From assembly GCF_044647545.1 (NCBI RefSeq), contig NZ_CP172818.1: a DNA stretch of 64,000 nt. The stretch is one strand, 5' to 3'. A program made the position numbers and the translations under genes. Below, piece by piece: positions 1-11,347 of the stretch. Every line of letters starts with the position of its first letter. Positions within the stretch are counted from its first letter, which is position 1. The notes below the pieces were generated by a model, which saw only the letters and a list, made by a program, of their open reading frames with translations, had not been told where the DNA came from and searched no databases. This DNA is from Escherichia coli (GTDB taxonomy: Bacteria; Pseudomonadota; Gammaproteobacteria; Enterobacterales; Enterobacteriaceae).

Positions 1-239
1 ATGATCCCGACGCGAAAGCCCTGCGCTTCCAGCATACGACCGCAAATCGCCATCCCGAAGCTTGGGTGATCGACATACGCGTCGCCAGTAACCAAAATGA
101 TGTCGCAGCTATCCCAGCCAAGTTGATCCATCTCTTCACGTGACATCGGCAAAAACGGTGCCGGTCCAAAACAGGCGGCCCAGTACTGCGGCCAGGAGAA
201 CAGGTCGCGATCCGGTTGGATCAGGGAGATAGAGCTCAT
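1..239 (-). CDS. ygiQ: UPF0313 / radical SAM family protein YgiQ, N-terminal fragment (gene runs off the window start)
   Basis: Minus-strand ATG at 237-239 opens a frame translating [20 protein letters not shown]... with no stop before position 1; lies upstream of ftsP as in the K-12 gene order (from memory). Confidence 0.7.
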   Translation of the reverse strand, partial: MSSISLIQPDRDLFSWPQYWAACFGPAPFLPMSREEMDQLGWDSCDIILVTGDAYVDHPSFGMAICGRMLEAQGFRVGI

Positions 240-349
240 TTTGCTTCCAGAAATGATAAAAAAATAATCAAAGGCCGGGGATTATACGCCGGAACGAAAG
301 AGAAATCGAAAGGTATTCCATACTCGCCCTCCTCGGGCGAGTATGAAGA

Positions 350-1762
350 TTACGGTACCGGATTGACCAACAGTTGCCCAATCGAACCACGGTCCGCCAT
401 TTCCAGCGTCTGACTGTTGAAGTAGAACGGGAAGTGCGCCCAGGAAGGCTGACCGAAATAAACAAGCAGCTCCACTTGTCCGTCAACCCAAACGGTATCT
501 TTCCAGCCTCTGTCTTCCGGGAACGGCATCGCGCCATTCACGTTACGGATCTGGAACATCACGCCTTCAATATGGAACGCTTGCGGCTCGTCCGCGCGCA
601 CCGTCCAGCGTTCCCACGTTCCTTGCTGCGCAGTAACATCAATACGGTTGACGTCCCACAACTGCCCATTAATCCCCGGGTCATCACCCAGACTGATATC
701 GCGACTACGAATCGGCGAACCGGCCATGATTTCAGTTGGCAGCAAGCGCATCGGAAGACTGTCTGTGACCAGCGGCAGAAGGCCGGTTGGGCGCAGCGTT
801 AGTACCAGCGTAGAAACCAGAATGCTGGATGGCTCAAAGAAGCCGCGAATACGATCAACAATGCTCGCCGCTTCACCACAGGTGATCGACACTTCATCAC
901 CGTTGCTCATATCCACCAGAATCTCGCGGCGCTCGCCCGGTGCCAGCGAAAGTTGCTTCACCGATACAGGAGCGGGCAGGAATCCCTGATCGCCAGAAAT
1001 CACATGTAACGGGCGACCATCGCTCATCTGTAGTTGATAGCGACGAGAGTTCGACGCGTTCAACAGACGCAAGCGCACCCAGCCACGCGAGACTTCAACG
1101 TACGGGCTTTGTACACCGTTAACCAGCAGCGTATCGCCAACAAAGCCGCCGCTTCCCGGTTCGTTATATTCCGGCGTACCAAAGTTATCCAGCCGTTTAT
1201 CCTGAATAATGACCGGAAAATCATCCACACCATAATGGTTGGGGATAGGCAGCGATTTGCTGACTTCATCTTCCACCAGCCACATTCCGGCAAGGCCGTT
1301 ATAGACCTGCTGAGCCGTGCGGTTGGGAGTATTGGCGTGATACCACAGAGTAGCTGCGTTCTGGCGAATGGGCAGTACGGGTGCCCAGTCAGCGTTTGGC
1401 GACATCATCCGTGCCGGACCGCCCATCAGCGGGCCTGGTACCTGTAGCCCGGCCACCGTCATTGAGACATTTTCTGTCAGGCGGTTGCTGTAAATAAGCT
1501 TAACATCGTCGCCCTTCCAGACGCGGATAGTCGGCCCCAGGTAACGACCATTGATTCCCCAAACCGACGCGCGTGTCCTTGGCGTAAATGACCAGTGCGC
1601 ACGTTGTACAGTCATAAACAGCGGTTGCCCACGGCGAGATTCAAGCAGCGGCGGAACGGGTAGCGGTTGCTGTTGCCCGGCTGCGCTGGCCTTCAGGGGA
1701 ACAGCGCCTGCACAAAGTGCAATCCCCGATGCCTGAATGAACTGACGCCGACTGAGTGACAT
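350..1762 (-). CDS. ftsP: Cell division protein FtsP (SufI), Tat-exported multicopper-oxidase-like protein
   Basis: 470-aa ORF; N-terminus MSLSRRQFIQASGIALCAGAVPLKASA is a twin-arginine signal peptide; length and sequence match FtsP/SufI. Confidence 0.93.
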   Translation of the reverse strand: MSLSRRQFIQASGIALCAGAVPLKASAAGQQQPLPVPPLLESRRGQPLFMTVQRAHWSFTPRTRASVWGINGRYLGPTIRVWKGDDVKLIYSNRLTENVSMTVAGLQVPGPLMGGPARMMSPNADWAPVLPIRQNAATLWYHANTPNRTAQQVYNGLAGMWLVEDEVSKSLPIPNHYGVDDFPVIIQDKRLDNFGTPEYNEPGSGGFVGDTLLVNGVQSPYVEVSRGWVRLRLLNASNSRRYQLQMSDGRPLHVISGDQGFLPAPVSVKQLSLAPGERREILVDMSNGDEVSITCGEAASIVDRIRGFFEPSSILVSTLVLTLRPTGLLPLVTDSLPMRLLPTEIMAGSPIRSRDISLGDDPGINGQLWDVNRIDVTAQQGTWERWTVRADEPQAFHIEGVMFQIRNVNGAMPFPEDRGWKDTVWVDGQVELLVYFGQPSWAHFPFYFNSQTLEMADRGSIGQLLVNPVP

Positions 1763-1836
1763 ATTTGCTCCATGTAAAACTGGCTAAAGTAATACCGTGC
1801 AGGAAAGTGTTCCCCGCAAAAATACAGATTGCCGAC

Positions 1837-2574
1837 TTAAACTTTTCCGGCGGCTTCGCGCTCTGCGACTTCTTTATCGAGCTCGGCGATTTTTTGTTCC
1901 ATTATCGAACGACAATGGGCAGCCAGCTCACGAACCTGATCTTTGCCATACTGACTGACGTCAATTGGCGGCAGCATTTCGACAATCACCAGACCGTTGT
2001 GCAGTCGATTAAGATTAATCTTATTCGAAGTTGTAGAGACGCACACGGGAATAATCGGGACGCCCGCCGCAATTGCCGCGTGAAATGCCCCGGTTTTGAA
2101 CGGTAGCAGGCCGCGACCACGGCTGCGGGTTCCTTCCGGGAACATCCAGATGGAAATACGGCGTTTTTTGAAGTGATTCACGACTTCCGCAATAGTGCCG
2201 TGAGCTTTAGTGCGATTGTTTCTGTCGATCAATAAGTTGCCGGTTAACCAGTACAACTGCCCGAAGAAGGGGATCCACAGCAAGCTCTTTTTACCTACCG
2301 TCACCGTCGGCGGTTGCACAATGTTCGATGCTGTGACCATGTCATAGTTGTTCTGGTGGTTAGCGATATAGATAGCATTGCCGTAGCTTTCAGCATCCGC
2401 AGGTTTGCGGCACTCAACTTTCAGGCCGAACAGCGGTGCAAGACGACCAAACATATGCCCAAAGGTGGCCACATGTTTCGGGTTACGCGGGCTGAAAAGG
2501 CAGTAAATGGAGCCGAATACACAGACTAAGATGCTGTAAATCACGGTAATAATAAGACGAAAGATATATAGCAT
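1837..2574 (-). CDS. plsC: 1-acyl-sn-glycerol-3-phosphate acyltransferase
   Basis: 245-aa ORF with N-terminal membrane anchor and acyltransferase H-X4-D motif (NHQNNYD). Confidence 0.93.
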   Translation of the reverse strand: MLYIFRLIITVIYSILVCVFGSIYCLFSPRNPKHVATFGHMFGRLAPLFGLKVECRKPADAESYGNAIYIANHQNNYDMVTASNIVQPPTVTVGKKSLLWIPFFGQLYWLTGNLLIDRNNRTKAHGTIAEVVNHFKKRRISIWMFPEGTRSRGRGLLPFKTGAFHAAIAAGVPIIPVCVSTTSNKINLNRLHNGLVIVEMLPPIDVSQYGKDQVRELAAHCRSIMEQKIAELDKEVAEREAAGKV

Positions 2575-2807
2575 AACACCCTCTGAAGGTCTGAGAGACT
2601 GGCATTGTACGTCACCTGAAATCAGGTTAGGGCATTGTTAAAAGCCGCTCTCTGGAAAAGCGTATTGTTAATCGCAACGCATGAATAAACAACGGTTTCA
2701 AGGGAATTTTTATCGTTTCCGGGGGTTGAATACGCTGCCGGATGACGACTTAACGTTTCATCCGGCGTTCCTTGCAAGCGGGAGGAAACAGCGCCCTCCC
2801 CGGCATA

Positions 2808-5066
2808 TTACTCTTCGCTATCACCGCTGCTGGCACGGCGAGGAGAGTCGATCTCAACACGATCGATACGCTGCAAACCGCGCATCAACGTACCGCGGCG
2901 TCCACGTTCGCCAGTGACTTTCTGTAGCTCTTCCGGACGCAGTTTAATTTTGCGTTTCCCAACATGAATGGTCAGCGTGCTTTGCGGCGGCAGAACGTAC
3001 AGTTGCGCCAGACCATCCTCGCCACGCGCGGCTTCTGCCGACGGAATGTTGATAATCTTATTGCCTTTGCCCTTCGACAACTGCGGCAGATCGCTTACCG
3101 GGAACATCAACATACGGCCTGCCTGAGTGATTGCCAGCAGCATATCGGAAGCATCCTCAATCACCACCGGCGGCATAACATGGGCATTTTCCGGTAAGGT
3201 GATCAAAGCCTTACCTGCACGGTTACGCGCCACCAGATCGTTAAAGGTGCAGACGAAACCGTAACCCGCATCGGAAGCCATCAGCAGTTTCTGATCGTCG
3301 CTTTCCATCAGCATATGGTCAACGGTCGCCCCAGGCGGCAACGTTAATTTGCCGGTGAGCGGTTCGCCCTGACCACGCGCCGACGGCAGCGTAATCGGGT
3401 CGATGGCATAGCTACGACCGGTGGAATCAACAAACACTACCGGTTGGTTGCTCTTACCTTTCACCGCCGCTTTGAAGCTATCGCCCGCTTTATAATTCAG
3501 GCCCGGCGCGTCGATATCATGGCCTTTAGCGCTGCGTACCCAGCCCATCTGCGACAGCACAATGGTGACAGGTTCAGACGGCAGCATGTCGTGCTCGCTC
3601 ATCGCTTTCGCTTCTTCGCGTTCCTGCAACGGCGAACGACGTTCGTCACCGTAGGCTTGCGCGTCTGCCTGCAGTTCTTTCTTCAGCAGGTTATTCATTT
3701 TACGCTCGGAAGCCAAAATGCCCTGCAACTGGTCGCGCTCTTTTTCCAGCTCACTCTGCTCACCGCGAATCTTCATCTCTTCCAGTTTGGCAAGATGACG
3801 CAGTTTCAGTTCGAGGATCGCTTCCGCTTGGGTTTCCGTAAGGCCAAACCGCGACATCAGCGCCGGTTTCGGTTCATCTTCATTACGAATGATCTCAATC
3901 ACTTCGTCGATATTGAGAAACGCCACCAGCAAACCTTCGAGGATATGCAGGCGCTTGAGGACTTTCTCCAGACGATAATTCAGTCGGCGGCGCACGGTAT
4001 CGCGGCGGAACACCAGCCATTCGGAGAGGATTTCCAGCAGGTTTTTCACCGCCGGACGACCATCCAGACCGATCATATTGAGGTTAATGCGATAGCTCTT
4101 TTCCAGATCGGTGGTAGCAAAGAGGTGGTTCATCACCTGATCCATATCCACGCGGTTGGAACGCGGCACAATCACCAGACGGGTCGGGTTCTCGTGGTCA
4201 GATTCATCGCGCAGATCGTCAACCATCGGCAGCTTTTTGTTGCGCATTTGCGCAGCAATTTGCTCCAGTACGCGCGCACCTGAAACCTGATGCGGCAATG
4301 CGCTGATAACCACCGCGCCATCTTCTTTCTTCCAAACCGCGCGCATACGCACTGAACCACGTCCGTTCTCGTAGATTTTACGAATCTCGGCGCGCGAAGT
4401 GATAATTTCCGCTTCAGTCGGATAATCCGGCCCCTGCACGATATCCAGCAGCTGATCGAGCGTGGTTTTCGGCTGGTCGATTAATGCGATTGCCGCCTGA
4501 GCCACTTCACGCAGGTTATGCGGTGGAATATCGGTCGCCATGCCGACGGCAATACCGGTGGTGCCGTTAAGCAAAATGTTTGGCAGACGGGCAGGTAGCA
4601 TTTTCGGCTCCTGCAAAGTGCCGTCGAAGTTTGGCACCCAGTCAGCCGTCCCCTGCCCCAGCTCGCTCAATAGCAGCTCGGAATATTTCGACAACCGGGA
4701 TTCGGTGTAACGCATTGCCGCGAACGATTTCGGATCGTCCGGCGCACCCCAGTTCCCCTGACCATCAACCAGCGGATAACGGTAAGAGAACGGCTGCGCC
4801 ATCAGGACCATCGCTTCATAACAGGCAATATCGCCGTGCGGATGGTATTTACCCAGTACGTCACCGACGGTACGGGCCGATTTTTTAAATTTGGCGCTGG
4901 CATTCAGGCCCAGTTCAGACATCGCATACACAATGCGCCGCTGAACGGGTTTCAGACCATCACCAATAAACGGCAACGCACGGTCCATGATCACGTACAT
5001 GGAGTAGTTTAAGTAGGCGTTTTCCGTAAATTCATGTAGCGCAAGGCGCTCTGCCATATCGCTCAT
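2808..5066 (-). CDS. parC: DNA topoisomerase IV subunit A
   Basis: 752-aa ORF; GyrA-family N-terminal domain with QRDR motif [12 protein letters not shown]; codon 80 (4827-4829) encodes Ile. Confidence 0.95.
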   Translation of the reverse strand: MSDMAERLALHEFTENAYLNYSMYVIMDRALPFIGDGLKPVQRRIVYAMSELGLNASAKFKKSARTVGDVLGKYHPHGDIACYEAMVLMAQPFSYRYPLVDGQGNWGAPDDPKSFAAMRYTESRLSKYSELLLSELGQGTADWVPNFDGTLQEPKMLPARLPNILLNGTTGIAVGMATDIPPHNLREVAQAAIALIDQPKTTLDQLLDIVQGPDYPTEAEIITSRAEIRKIYENGRGSVRMRAVWKKEDGAVVISALPHQVSGARVLEQIAAQMRNKKLPMVDDLRDESDHENPTRLVIVPRSNRVDMDQVMNHLFATTDLEKSYRINLNMIGLDGRPAVKNLLEILSEWLVFRRDTVRRRLNYRLEKVLKRLHILEGLLVAFLNIDEVIEIIRNEDEPKPALMSRFGLTETQAEAILELKLRHLAKLEEMKIRGEQSELEKERDQLQGILASERKMNNLLKKELQADAQAYGDERRSPLQEREEAKAMSEHDMLPSEPVTIVLSQMGWVRSAKGHDIDAPGLNYKAGDSFKAAVKGKSNQPVVFVDSTGRSYAIDPITLPSARGQGEPLTGKLTLPPGATVDHMLMESDDQKLLMASDAGYGFVCTFNDLVARNRAGKALITLPENAHVMPPVVIEDASDMLLAITQAGRMLMFPVSDLPQLSKGKGNKIINIPSAEAARGEDGLAQLYVLPPQSTLTIHVGKRKIKLRPEELQKVTGERGRRGTLMRGLQRIDRVEIDSPRRASSGDSEE

Positions 5067-5203
5067 TAATTCTGATTCCTCAACTTATTCGCCAGCCTTC
5101 AAAGGGGCAATATTGCCGGAGATACTACATTATCTGCCGCGTCGAGTCACAGGAGATCAGCGTGAATAGCGCCGCCGGACGTGCTCCGACGGCGATAAAG
5201 GCA

Positions 5204-6811
5204 TCAATGTGCCTTGATATACAACTCTTTGCTGTAGACATAATCCTGGGGATTATGCAGCGGAAAACCGCCAACGTAGGGTTTAAGCAGTTTGATTAAC
5301 GGCTGATAGTAGACAGGAATGAGCGGTGCCTGCTGGTTGATGATCACTTCGGCCTGCTGATACAACGCATTACGCTTTGTTGCATCAGCCGTTTGTGCCG
5401 CCTGGTTTAGTAAGGTGTCATACTGCGCGTTTTTCCAGTGGCCGACATTTTCCTCGCTATCGCTCTTAAGCGTGTTCAGAAAGGTGGAGGCATCATTGTA
5501 CGTCGCATCCCACGACTGCCGAGACAGCATGAAATCACCGGCTCGTCGGGCATCAAGATAAGTTTTCCACTCCATTGTGCGCAGCGTCACCTGTGCACCC
5601 AGCCATTTTTTCCATTCGGAAGACAACGCTATCGCGGTCTTTTCATGCAGATCGTACTTGTTGTAGAACAGCTCAAAGCGTAGCGGATGAGAGGCGTCGT
5701 ATCCCGCCTGTTTCAGCAAGACTTTTGCCATCGCGACGCGCTCACTCATTGGCTTTTGCAGTTCATCGAACGTCGTCGCGCTAAAGCCTTTTACCTCTGG
5801 CGGCGTCAGCGTGGTTGCGGGCGTTCTCAACCCCAGTACCTTTTGCGCAATAAGCTGTCGATCAACCGTAAGATATAGCGCCCGACGCACCCGCACATCG
5901 TTAAATGGCGGTTTCTCAAGGTTAAAGTTGTAATATTCGCTGTTCAGACGCGGAATAATTCGTAGCTCGCCAGGCAGTGATTTTTCAATGGCGGGAATTT
6001 GCTGCGCCGGAACCCAGGTGAGATCGACCTCTCCCGCGCGATAGCGGTTATAGCCGGTGACCGAATTATCCAGCGCCAGATACTCAACCTGTTGCAATAC
6101 TGTATGTTGCGCATCGCGGTACTTTGGATTTTTGCGTGCAGTAATCTTTTCGTTAACTACCCACTGATCAAGCACAAAGGCACCGTTGTAAACCATGTTC
6201 TCTGGCTTACTCCAGCTATCGCCATGTTTAGCGATGACATGATGAGGAACCGGGAACAGCGTCGGCCAGGCGAGCATCGTCGTGAACCAAGGAACTGGCT
6301 GCTCAAGCGTAACTTCAAGAGTACGATCATCCATCGCTTTGACACCCAGCGATGTAACATCTGCTTTACCCGCAACAATAGCCGCGGCATTGTTAATGTG
6401 CGCCTGTGCCAGATAGCCAGCAAAAGGGCTTGCCGTTTTCGGGTCAACCGCACGTTGCCAGCCGAGGACAAAATCCTCTGCCGTCAGAGGCTGACCGTCT
6501 GACCACTGCAAACCGCTACGTAGATGGAAAATATAGCGCTTGCCGCCGTCCAGTATCTCCCAGCATTCAGCCTGAGCGGGCTGCACCTGGCCTTCACCGT
6601 CCATCCATACCAGACCTTCAAACAGATCCAGCACAATCTGCGCGGCAGTATTCTCCTCCACCTTTTGCGGGTCGAGCGTGCCTGGGTCGCTATGATTGTT
6701 GTAACGAAAAACTTGTTGCGGGGCGAGCGGTGTGTTGGCGGGAACGTCAGCAGCGTAGAGAGGAGCCGCACTTACCAGGCTGACCAGCCATAATAAATTT
6801 CGCGTATACAT
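5204..6811 (-). CDS. ygiS: Periplasmic solute-binding protein, family 5 (oligopeptide/dipeptide-type)
   Basis: ORF 5204-6874; start placed at internal Met (6809-6811) giving 535 aa with signal peptide MYTRNLLWLVSLVSAAPLYA; SBP-5 family. Confidence 0.85.
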   Translation of the reverse strand: MYTRNLLWLVSLVSAAPLYAADVPANTPLAPQQVFRYNNHSDPGTLDPQKVEENTAAQIVLDLFEGLVWMDGEGQVQPAQAECWEILDGGKRYIFHLRSGLQWSDGQPLTAEDFVLGWQRAVDPKTASPFAGYLAQAHINNAAAIVAGKADVTSLGVKAMDDRTLEVTLEQPVPWFTTMLAWPTLFPVPHHVIAKHGDSWSKPENMVYNGAFVLDQWVVNEKITARKNPKYRDAQHTVLQQVEYLALDNSVTGYNRYRAGEVDLTWVPAQQIPAIEKSLPGELRIIPRLNSEYYNFNLEKPPFNDVRVRRALYLTVDRQLIAQKVLGLRTPATTLTPPEVKGFSATTFDELQKPMSERVAMAKVLLKQAGYDASHPLRFELFYNKYDLHEKTAIALSSEWKKWLGAQVTLRTMEWKTYLDARRAGDFMLSRQSWDATYNDASTFLNTLKSDSEENVGHWKNAQYDTLLNQAAQTADATKRNALYQQAEVIINQQAPLIPVYYQPLIKLLKPYVGGFPLHNPQDYVYSKELYIKAH

Positions 6812-6919
6812 GGTATTCCTTACCGGAGAAATTATAAGCCCAACAACAATACGCCTGTGGCATTGTTCGCTCAAACTTATCGCGAGTGATTTGGCTCACA
6901 CTCCGGTAAAGATTCCCCA

Positions 6920-7402
6920 TCACGCTAACGGTACATAAACATCCGTTTCCAGTCGCTGCTCTGTCATCCCTTCGGCAAGATTGGTGTAGTGAAACAGGAT
7001 CGGGGCTTTGCGCATTTTTTCGCCGCTTGCCGGAAGCCAGTGGCGAATGATGCCCCATATCGTGTGTGAAATATCGTCCAGCTCGCCAACATGGCGGGCC
7101 ACAGCATAACGTCCACCGGTAAGTTCACCATTACTTACGCCATAACGATTATCGGGGATCGGTTCGCTAACGCTGCCGCAGATATCAAAGCGAAACGCTT
7201 CTGGTGCGGTGGTGGCAGGGTCGTCCCAGGCGACGCCAAAAGTCTGGCTTTGGTTAACAGGAGAAAGCCCCGTCTCTTTACGCCACATGATAAATTTCGC
7301 CACGCTGTAGTTGAGCAACTCAGGGCTACAGCGGTGCGGCAACATCGCCACAGGGATTGATGGGAAATCGATAATATTTACATCCAGTGTCAGGTTTGTC
7401 AT
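6920..7402 (-). CDS. ygiV: GyrI-like small-molecule-binding domain protein
   Basis: 160-aa ORF matching YgiV from memory. Confidence 0.8.
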   Translation of the reverse strand: MTNLTLDVNIIDFPSIPVAMLPHRCSPELLNYSVAKFIMWRKETGLSPVNQSQTFGVAWDDPATTAPEAFRFDICGSVSEPIPDNRYGVSNGELTGGRYAVARHVGELDDISHTIWGIIRHWLPASGEKMRKAPILFHYTNLAEGMTEQRLETDVYVPLA

Positions 7403-7454
7403 TTTGCCTCCCTGCGAAATTATTCCCGGGAACGCGTCCCGGGAGCGGTAACAA

Positions 7455-7847
7455 TTACGGATTTACTTTGCGGATCTGTTTGACGTCAATTTCAACAGAG
7501 TTCCAGTCTTTATCGACTTCACCCTGAATCTCAACCGTATCTTTCGGCGTCACCGTCACGCCGTTCCAGCGTTTGTGATCGATATCCACATTGATAGTAC
7601 CGCTGGCATCTTTGAACACGTAGAGATCGTCAGAGATGCGTTCAACGATATTGCCGCGCAGGGTTACCCAGGTGTCGTCACGCAGGGATTTTGCGCTTTC
7701 TACGGTCGTTACGCTGCCGTTCGGCCCCTGGAATCCTCCGGCCTGACTTTGTGTTGCCGATGGGCCAGAAAAACCTCCCTGCTCTGCTGCCATAACCGGT
7801 GCACTGCACAGGGCCATTACTGCGATTACTGCTGCGAATTTTTTCAT
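7455..7847 (-). CDS. ygiW: BOF/YgiW family periplasmic OB-fold stress protein
   Basis: 130 aa from Met at 7845-7847 (signal peptide MKKFAAVIAVMALCSAPVMA); the longer 149-aa frame is an in-frame upstream extension. Confidence 0.85.
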   Translation of the reverse strand: MKKFAAVIAVMALCSAPVMAAEQGGFSGPSATQSQAGGFQGPNGSVTTVESAKSLRDDTWVTLRGNIVERISDDLYVFKDASGTINVDIDHKRWNGVTVTPKDTVEIQGEVDKDWNSVEIDVKQIRKVNP

Positions 7848-7998
7848 GTTTATTACTCCCTTTAATGTCTGTTTCCGAGCATTTAACAAGATAGTCCTTA
7901 ACAACTTCTTAAGGGAAAAAAATAAAATTTAATGCTGTACAGAGCGCGTTACAACACGGTTTACTGGCAGCAAATACGGTTATCGCAGGGATGAAAAA

Positions 7999-8658
7999 AT
8001 GCGAATTTTACTGATAGAAGATGACATGCTGATTGGCGACGGCATCAAAACGGGCCTTAGTAAAATGGGTTTTAGCGTCGACTGGTTTACACAAGGTCGT
8101 CAGGGAAAAGAGGCGCTATATAGCGCACCTTATGATGCGGTGATCCTGGATTTAACCTTACCGGGCATGGATGGTCGCGATATTTTGCGCGAATGGCGAG
8201 AAAAAGGTCAGCGTGAGCCGGTATTGATCCTGACCGCGCGCGATGCGCTGGCGGAACGTGTAGAAGGGCTGCGTCTGGGAGCTGACGATTATCTGTGTAA
8301 ACCTTTTGCGTTGATAGAAGTCGCCGCCAGGCTGGAAGCTCTGATGCGCCGAACCAACGGCCAGGCCAGCAACGAGCTGCGCCACGGCAACGTCATGCTC
8401 GACCCCGGCAAACGTATCGCCACGCTGGCTGGCGAACCCTTAACGCTGAAACCAAAAGAATTTGCCCTGCTGGAATTACTGATGCGTAACGCTGGTCGGG
8501 TACTGCCGCGCAAACTGATTGAAGAGAAACTGTATACCTGGGACGAAGAGGTCACCAGTAATGCCGTTGAAGTGCATGTGCATCATCTGCGACGCAAACT
8601 CGGCAGTGATTTTATTCGTACCGTTCATGGTATTGGCTACACATTAGGTGAGAAATGA
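7999..8658 (+). CDS. qseB: Two-component response regulator QseB (OmpR family)
   Basis: 219 aa; receiver domain plus winged-helix output domain; stop overlaps the start of the downstream kinase gene (ATGA). Confidence 0.93.
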   Translation: MRILLIEDDMLIGDGIKTGLSKMGFSVDWFTQGRQGKEALYSAPYDAVILDLTLPGMDGRDILREWREKGQREPVLILTARDALAERVEGLRLGADDYLCKPFALIEVAARLEALMRRTNGQASNELRHGNVMLDPGKRIATLAGEPLTLKPKEFALLELLMRNAGRVLPRKLIEEKLYTWDEEVTSNAVEVHVHHLRRKLGSDFIRTVHGIGYTLGEK

Positions 8659-10004
8659 AATTTACCCAACGTCTTAGTCTGCGAGTCAGGCTGACGCTAA
8701 TCTTTTTAATTCTGGCCTCGGTGACCTGGCTGTTTTCCAGCTTTGTCGCCTGGAAACAAACAACGGATAACGTCGATGAGTTGTTCGACACCCAACTGAT
8801 GCTGTTTGCCAAACGGTTAAGTACGCTCGATCTCAACGAAATCAACGCGGCGGATCGCATGGCACAGACGCCAAATAAATTAAAACACGGTCATGTTGAT
8901 GACGATGCGCTGACCTTTGCCATCTTTACCCACGACGGCAGAATGGTCCTTAACGATGGCGATAACGGAGAAGATATTCCTTATAGCTATCAGCGGGAAG
9001 GTTTTGCTGACGGGCAACTGGTCGGTGAAGACGATCCCTGGCGTTTTGTCTGGATGACCTCACCTGATGGCAAATATCGCATCGTTGTTGGTCAGGAATG
9101 GGAATACCGTGAAGACATGGCGCTGGCGATTGTTGCCGGACAATTGATCCCGTGGCTGGTCGCACTGCCGATTATGTTAATCATCATGATGGTACTACTG
9201 GGTCGTGAACTCGCGCCGCTGAACAAACTGGCGCTGGCACTACGTATGCGTGACCCAGACTCGGAAAAACCACTAAACGCGACGGGCGTACCCAGCGAAG
9301 TGCGTCCACTGGTTGAGTCGTTGAATCAACTGTTCGCCCGCACACATGCGATGATGGTTCGTGAACGACGCTTTACCTCCGACGCAGCTCACGAACTTCG
9401 TAGCCCGTTAACGGCGCTGAAAGTGCAAACCGAAGTTGCTCAGCTCTCTGACGATGATCCGCAGGCGCGGAAAAAAGCGCTGCTCCAATTACATTCCGGG
9501 ATCGATCGTGCTACTCGTCTGGTTGATCAACTGCTCACGCTATCGCGGCTGGACTCACTGGATAACCTTCAGGACGTCGCGGAGATCCCGCTTGAAGATC
9601 TCCTGCAATCGTCGGTGATGGATATTTACCACACGGCGCAGCAGGCGAAAATTGACGTGCGACTGACACTCAATGCCCACGGCATCAAACGCACCGGACA
9701 ACCGCTGTTGCTAAGTTTGTTGGTACGAAACCTTCTGGATAACGCCGTGCGCTACAGTCCACAGGGCTGCGTGGTGGACGTCACGCTGAATGCCGATAAT
9801 TTCATCGTGAAGGATAACGGCCCCGGTGTGACACCAGAGGCACTGGCGAGAATTGGCGAACGCTTCTATCGCCCACCCGGACAAACCGCTACCGGCAGTG
9901 GACTTGGGCTATCGATTGTCCAGCGAATCGCCAAATTGCATGGCATGAATGTTGAGTTTGGGAATGCGGAACAAGGTGGATTTGAGGCGAAGGTAAGCTG
10001 GTAA
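8655..10004 (+). CDS. qseC: Sensor histidine kinase QseC
   Basis: 449 aa; two TM segments, H-box AAHELRSPL, HATPase domain; translationally coupled to qseB. Confidence 0.93.
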   Translation: MKFTQRLSLRVRLTLIFLILASVTWLFSSFVAWKQTTDNVDELFDTQLMLFAKRLSTLDLNEINAADRMAQTPNKLKHGHVDDDALTFAIFTHDGRMVLNDGDNGEDIPYSYQREGFADGQLVGEDDPWRFVWMTSPDGKYRIVVGQEWEYREDMALAIVAGQLIPWLVALPIMLIIMMVLLGRELAPLNKLALALRMRDPDSEKPLNATGVPSEVRPLVESLNQLFARTHAMMVRERRFTSDAAHELRSPLTALKVQTEVAQLSDDDPQARKKALLQLHSGIDRATRLVDQLLTLSRLDSLDNLQDVAEIPLEDLLQSSVMDIYHTAQQAKIDVRLTLNAHGIKRTGQPLLLSLLVRNLLDNAVRYSPQGCVVDVTLNADNFIVKDNGPGVTPEALARIGERFYRPPGQTATGSGLGLSIVQRIAKLHGMNVEFGNAEQGGFEAKVSW

Positions 10005-10049
10005 CTTCTCTGTCTATGAGAGCCGTTAAAACGACTCTCATAGACTTTA

Positions 10050-10382
10050 CTAATAGCAAAATATAAACCGTCCCCAAAAAAGCCACCAACCACAACCCAA
10101 ACAAATAACGAGCGAGAATACATATAGCCAAAACTCGAACATTTCCCGCATAAAGAGTTTTCTTAAGATAAGAATAATAAGTGGCGTCAGAAGAAAAAAT
10201 GCTGCAATCATTGCTTGCAATATACGATCTTCGCCTGAAACGGAAGGTATACTGCAAATATTGTCTCCCGACTCAAGCATCCAGTCATACTTATTGAAAG
10301 CAAAAAAAGCATCTATTAACCAATAAGTAAGCATTATGTATAACAGAGCTTCAAATATTGTTTGAATTTTATGCTTTAACAT
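10050..10382 (-). CDS. ygiZ: Small inner membrane protein YgiZ
   Basis: 110-aa hydrophobic multi-TM ORF between qseC and mdaB. Confidence 0.75.
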   Translation of the reverse strand: MLKHKIQTIFEALLYIMLTYWLIDAFFAFNKYDWMLESGDNICSIPSVSGEDRILQAMIAAFFLLTPLIILILRKLFMREMFEFWLYVFSLVICLGCGWWLFWGRFIFCY

Positions 10383-10735
10383 ATGTTAGCACTCTCTAAA
10401 AAAGTCCAGTCGGAGATTTGGTTTTCAACCCCCATAAATCTATTTAAAATAATCTGCGTAACACGCTGATATTTTCATTTTTAGTTATTCAACACCACAA
10501 TTATCAACTCGCAGAAAGTCCACACCAACGTTGTAAATTAACCCTGTGCTAGTTGGAATGATGAGAAATTGCTATCAGTATTGTCATTTTCAGAAAATAT
10601 TTATCCCGCATCGGTGAATCAGAGCAAGATCAGACTTTTGCTAAATTCGCAAAAGACTTTGCACATTTTGCTAATTTCACCGTACCGCTCTGTGACGTAC
10701 TATAGTCGGCAAACGTCTCACCTTGAGGTTAAAAA

Positions 10736-11317
10736 ATGAGCAACATCCTGATTATCAACGGCGCGAAAAAATTCGCCCACTCCAATGGTCAACTGAACGA
10801 CACCCTGACCGAAGTCGCGGATGGCACACTGCGCGACCTCGGGCATGATGTCCGCATCGTTCGCGCCGACAGCGACTACGATGTCAAAGCGGAAGTACAA
10901 AACTTTCTCTGGGCTGATGTGGTGATCTGGCAGATGCCAGGCTGGTGGATGGGCGCGCCGTGGACAGTGAAAAAATACATTGATGATGTATTTACCGAAG
11001 GTCACGGGACGCTGTATGCCAGCGATGGTCGTACCCGCAAAGATCCGTCGAAAAAATACGGTTCTGGCGGTCTGGTACAAGGTAAAAAATATATGCTTTC
11101 CCTGACCTGGAACGCACCAATGGAAGCTTTCACCGAAAAAGATCAGTTCTTCCACGGGGTTGGCGTTGACGGTGTGTATCTACCATTCCATAAAGCAAAC
11201 CAATTCCTTGGTATGGAACCGCTGCCGACATTTATCGCTAATGACGTGATAAAAATGCCTGATGTTCCCCGCTATACTGAAGAATATCGCAAGCATCTTG
11301 TGGAAATTTTTGGTTAA
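10736..11317 (+). CDS. mdaB: NADPH:quinone oxidoreductase MdaB
   Basis: 193-aa flavodoxin-like fold ORF; matches MdaB. Confidence 0.92.
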   Translation: MSNILIINGAKKFAHSNGQLNDTLTEVADGTLRDLGHDVRIVRADSDYDVKAEVQNFLWADVVIWQMPGWWMGAPWTVKKYIDDVFTEGHGTLYASDGRTRKDPSKKYGSGGLVQGKKYMLSLTWNAPMEAFTEKDQFFHGVGVDGVYLPFHKANQFLGMEPLPTFIANDVIKMPDVPRYTEEYRKHLVEIFG

Positions 11318-11347
11318 CTAGAGCTCTGGCTTTAGAAGGAGTTAACC

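Noticed and set aside
3444-4283. 279-aa plus-strand ORF inside parC
   Set aside because: Fully antisense to the well-supported parC frame, His/Arg/Phe-rich with no start context; typical shadow ORF of a GC-rich gene
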